A stretch of 64,000 nt of DNA, taken from contig OZ316892.1 in NCBI GenBank assembly GCA_973895155.1, forward strand, positions 3,289,223 through 3,353,222, given 5' to 3'. Within the stretch, counting starts at the first letter, position 1. Each line of letters begins with the position of its first letter. Shown in pieces: positions 59,850 through 64,000 of this stretch. Made by a program: the position numbers and the translations under genes. Origin of the DNA: Marsupella aquatica (Eukaryota; Plantae; Marchantiophyta). Below the pieces are notes generated by a model that did not search any database, was not told the DNA's origin, and saw only the letters and a list, made by a program, of their open reading frames with translations.

Positions 59850-62624
59850 AGCTGAACACTTTGCCTCCCACGGTTCAACTTCTCTACACTGAGGACCTTT
59901 GATGTCTTCACTCGGGAATGTTGGCTATAGTGAGCCTCCCGCCTATAGTTCAATCTGTCCTCCGCTGATATGTGGAATTAACGTCATTTTTCCTGATGCA
60001 CGTCTCGGGGGGGTCACTTCCACGGAAGTGACACATCACGTGCGACGAAGTATAGGCCCATTTAAATGGGTGTGGCGGAAGACTTCCAAAGTTTGGTGGA
60101 AGAACACATAGGGCATGTTTTATTGATTGGTCGACTTTAAAGAACACATAGGCCTATTTAATTGCAAAAAATACTTTCTATAAAGTTTTTAGGGGTTTTT
60201 TAATAAAAAATGACAAAATTTTAAGAAAGAAAGGGCTTTGCAAAAAAAAATATTCACTTTAAAGTTAGGGGGGTCAAACCCTAAAACGTCGCACGCGATG
60301 TATGGCCCTCCATATAGTGACGAATGGTATTCTATGACGACGCATACGTCGTTCCAAATGCCTAAACTTAAGAATGTCGTCCTATACATCGTTCTCTTTT
60401 ACGTCTTCCGGGAACAGGTAAGTTACCATGTCTAGTAAGACGTAATGTAAGGTACAACGTGATATACGAGGTAACTTACCGTGTCTTAAAGGACGTAAAG
60501 TTAACGTCACACAAGTTGACGTTATCTGATCCCGTCGGAACTCCGGACGACATCCGACAACAGTCCGGAGCTTAACGACGTATAGTCCATCGTAAATGAA
60601 AGGAACGTTGTCTTGGGTTAGGTTAAACCTGGTCCTGAAATGCGAAAATGTAGTTGTGAAAATGTGTCTTAAAGCCTAGTCACAGATCTGACCACTAGAT
60701 TTCAGTCACTTTAAATAAGACGCTATGTCAAAATTATGACTGGCTTGATACCCCCCAAACTTTAGTCACAAGGAGTCATGGGCAGTCGTAAAACCTAGTC
60801 ATATAACACCGGTTTCTACTAGTGTTTGGAAGATTAAAACTATTATTTAGAGTAGTTATTTGGAAATGTATCTGAAGTAGTAGTGTTGAGGTTGTTAGCA
60901 CCCTGTTGTAAATACTTCAATCAACACCCAGTCACATAGGTTGTGTGTTTAGGGGTACTTAATGGAAATGTATTCTTTGGTTCTTGCATTGGTTTAAGCT
61001 GGACAGGTATTAAATTTGTTAACACCCAATGTACCACAATAGATCCTGTATGATCTGACTTAGAATCAGGAGTGCCCTTTGGCCATCATAATGAGCATCA
61101 TAAGCCAGAACACCATTTTGACAATGTGGTATGGTAATCAAAATGCCTTAGTTTACTAATACACACCTAATGCTCGTCTTGGTTTTCCCCTTGTGTGTTG
61201 TCAAGGCAGTATCAGAGGAGAATGCAGTCACTCAAGATTTAGAAGATTCTCCTCTATACTAAAAATTAAACATCTCTTAGACCTTCAAGTTAGTATATAT
61301 TAAGGTCATTCTACCACAACATATATTATGGACAACAATTGCCTCTCAAAACTAGAGATGAGGGTGACTTTCCAAGCAGTTAGGGGCACGTGTGAGTTTA
61401 CTGGAGGGCCAAAGCAACTTTTTCACCAAAGCAAACTGGAGGGCCATTTTCACACTAAGTATAGTGTCTGGGGTAGCTCACTTGAGTTGAGACTCATAGG
61501 TCTAGTGTTCAAATGTTGTGAATGATTATTTTTCAAATGTTGTGAATGGTTGTTTCCTCTATGTGGGGTTTGACTGATTTCCCCTTGAATTAAAACCATT
61601 TTTGGAATCTTTTTATGCCCCAAAGGTCTGGTGGAACCAGTGGTGCTAGATTAATTTGCTAAAAGACAAATAGGGGATCCACTTCACTTAAATGTCGGGG
61701 TATTCTTTGGTAGAGGCTTTCTAGCTTTGACAAGGTAGGATCTTATGAAGATTTGTGGGTCCACTTCTAATGCAAAATGACTTAAAATAAGAATGGACCA
61801 ATGGGCCACCAAAAGAGAGCTCCAACAAGAGCTTTAACCCTACTCCATTGCATGTAGGATTGGTAAAAGCTTAGGTTAAAATTGCTCCCAATGTTTTGTA
61901 AGTGAATATCATCAGTTGGATGGCGCTCTCCCCAATGGATGGCCCCAATCAGATCTTGGAGACCAATCAAAAAGTGGAAAGTGTCACAAAGCCACCCTAA
62001 GGCTCTTCAGAATTATATCCACACCGTAGTGCATGTAAACAATACTTACATATACAACATGACTAGGGATTAAGCTCTTGGTGTTATATTCCCAACGATG
62101 CCTCCAATCAAGACTTTACTACATCCAAGATTCCTATGGTAAATGACTAGAGGCGAAGAATGCAGTTGCTTGAGAGCTTCCAATTATATCCCACGTACTG
62201 GTGTGTGCAAACAATATTATATATATTTACAATTATAATAACGTATCAAGTGTTTTTTTAGTCCTTTGTCTCAATAAGGCTCATGGGCATGAAATATACA
62301 CAACCTTTGGATTTGATTGGCTGTTTCCTTGTTTTCAGGATCATTGATGGAAACAATGGACACATCTGGCAGATATGTGCTTCCCCACATTGCCCCATAA
62401 ATGCCTATACCGACTCCCTATGGACCAGCCTTTCTTGCGCAACGCACGGGCATAGTGCTCGTATCCCACATGAAACAGGGATGAAGCTGTTAGAGTTATC
62501 TCCCACACAATTCCTGAAATCAAAACTTTACTACATCCAAGATGCCTGTGGCACCTCACTAGAGGCAAAGAAAAATGCCTTTGCTTGAGCCTAGAGGCAA
62601 AGATTGATGAGGGCGCGGCCATCC

Positions 62625-63120
62625 TCACCACTCATATAGATTCCTATTTAGGAGTCAGTCAAAGCCTACAGTAGAATGATTCACCACTCATATAGATTCC
62701 TATTTAGCAGTCAGTCCAAGCCTAAAGTAGAATGATTTAGCAGTCAGTCCAAGCCTACAGTACAATGATGCATTGCTTTTCCTCCTGATGATCTCTAGTG
62801 AGAAAATCTGTCATACTATGATTCCTTACTTTCTTAGATCTCTCGAGAGAAAAAATCTGTCATACTATGATTCCTCACTTTGATTCCTCACTTTCTTAGA
62901 TCTCTCGAGAGAAAATCTTTCAGACTATGATTCGTTACTTTTCTTCCATCCCTCCTGAGAAAAGCGGCCATTGTAGGATTCGATACTTTTCTTAGGTCTC
63001 TGGAAAGAAATTGGGTCGGTCAGACCAAACGTTCCTTAGATCTATCGTCAGAAATTCAATCACAACTTTTCTTAGATCTATCGTCAGAAATTCAATCACA
63101 ACTTTTCTTAGATCTCTCTT
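62625..63120 (+). repeat. Cluster of short tandem duplications upstream of the deaminase gene
   Basis: CACCACTCATATAGATTCCTATTTAG x2; AGTCAGTCCAAGCCTA..GTAGAATGAT x3; CTTAGATCTCTCGAGAGAAAA repeats; CTTAGATCTATCGTCAGAAATTCAATCACAACTTTT x2. Confidence 0.8.
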
Positions 63121-63374
63121 GAGAAATCGGTGCAACAAGATCTCTTCGTAGCAATTACTTCGAGACGATCAAAGCTTTGGGAGCTACCACGATAGTTCTC
63201 GAGCAAGTATAATGTGGAAAATTTGTGGTCTTGGAGCTCTGTCAACAGCACATCGGTAGAATTGCGTCGATTACTAGTACGAAAGCTCGTCTTCTCAAAG
63301 CCGTGCAAGCAAATTTGTGATTTGTGATTGCAATTATCGAGTTTGATTAGGCTCCGTTGTCACCGAATCTAGGC

Positions 63375-64000
63375 ATGGATACAACGGATCCCACGAAGCT
63401 CATCACACGGTTCTTGGATGTGATTGAGTCCGACGTTGCGCCGAAAACTCGTGTGGCAGTTCAGAGCGGCAACAAGGTGTTCGGCGCGGCGATCCTGAAG
63501 AAATCCGACCTGTCGCTGGTCATCGCCGACACCAACAATGCGTCGATGAACCCTCTCTGGCACGGCGAAGTGCACACCATCGTCAAGCTCTACGAGCGCG
63601 ACGCCAGCACTGTGCCGAACCCTAAGGACTGCATCTTCCTCGCCACGCACGAGCCCTGCTCTCTCTGCCTCTCCGCCATCACTTGGGCAGGCTACGACAA
63701 CTTCTACTACTTGTTCTCGTACGAAGACACCCGCGATAGCTTCGCCATGCCCTACGACATAGAAATCCTTAAAGAGGTCTTCACCGTGCCTCGTCTTGGC
63801 ACTGCACCAGCTTCCGCCGCAGCAGCAGCAGAGGCTCCGCTCTACAATCGCAGCAACAAGTTCTGGACGAGCCACCATATCAGGAAGATGATCGAAACGC
63901 TTCCGCCTGGTTCCCGCACCGCATTGGAGGCGCGGGTGACCGCGCTCAAGGAGGAGTACGCTGCTTTCTCGAGCGCTTACCAAGACACCAGAGCTGCTGA
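63375..64000 (+). CDS. Cytidine/dCMP-deaminase-superfamily nucleoside deaminase (runs off the window end; absent from the ORF track)
   Basis: ATG 63375 reads MDTTDPTKLITRFLDVIE..GNKVFGAAILKKSDLS..TNN..NPLWHGEVH..THEPCSLCLSAITWAGYDNFYYLF. Zn motifs HxE and PCxxC are intact. GC-rich and intronless. Confidence 0.92.
   Translation, partial: MDTTDPTKLITRFLDVIESDVAPKTRVAVQSGNKVFGAAILKKSDLSLVIADTNNASMNPLWHGEVHTIVKLYERDASTVPNPKDCIFLATHEPCSLCLSAITWAGYDNFYYLFSYEDTRDSFAMPYDIEILKEVFTVPRLGTAPASAAAAAEAPLYNRSNKFWTSHHIRKMIETLPPGSRTALEARVTALKEEYAAFSSAYQDTRAA

Larger units (their letters stand above)
49654..60658 (+). mobile_element. 11-kb CACTA-family element with CACAA termini
   Basis: Perfect 14-bp TIR CACAACTACATTTT (49654-49667 and 60645-60658). 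3-bp TSD AAA. ACGT-rich subterminal repeats. Degraded TnpD inside. Confidence 0.9.
16736..60824. mobile_element. Outer CACTA element: about 0.46 kb of own sequence, expanded to 44 kb by nested insertions
   Basis: Perfect 16-bp TIR CACTAGTAGAAACCGG (16736-16751 and 60809-60824). 3-bp TSD TTT. TAGTCA/TGAC subterminal motifs at 16750-16970, 49611-49650 and 60662-60805. Confidence 0.92.

Noticed and set aside
16736-60824. A single giant 44-kb autonomous CACTA
   Set aside because: Nearly all of the interior is accounted for by nested elements with their own termini and TSDs; the outer element has no coding sequence.
63369-63983. 204-aa minus-strand ORF
   Set aside because: Antisense shadow of the plus-strand deaminase, which has clear HxE and PCxxC motifs.

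Overview
Eukaryotic, transposon-dominated plant DNA, probably from a seed-free land plant; the species cannot be determined from the sequence. 1-14 kb holds two tandem intronless S6K-type AGC kinase paralogs (one broken, one intact), a complete but decayed Ty1/copia element (1349-9404, TSD CATAT) carrying three small 8-bp-TSD insertions, and a frameshifted gene with two TALE-type homeodomains. 16.7-60.8 kb is a nest of DNA transposons whose ends and TSDs can be read directly. A roughly 0.46-kb non-autonomous CACTA (16736-60824, TSD TTT) contains an unclassified roughly 2-kb insertion. That insertion contains a 30.6-kb CACTA (18049-48629, TSD CTT) with an EDM2-type composite PHD, tandem BRCT, TnpD and TnpA-like genes. 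This CACTA in turn contains an apparently intact 13.1-kb Sola-like element (24486-37573, 26-bp TIR, TSD TTTG). The outer element also holds an 11-kb CACTA-family element with CACAA ends (49654-60658, TSD AAA) carrying a SET-domain gene. The best candidate for an undescribed system is the Sola-like element. It encodes a DDD-type transposase and, divergently, a spliced gene joining a ParB-like domain to a bacterial-type N4/N6 DNA-methyltransferase-like domain and probably an FCP1/NIF phosphatase-like domain. Its introns are filled with quasi-palindromic 27-bp repeat arrays. The window ends in a GC-rich, intronless, microbial-type nucleoside deaminase gene that the ORF track misses. All domain calls come from motif recognition by eye and need HMM or structure confirmation.
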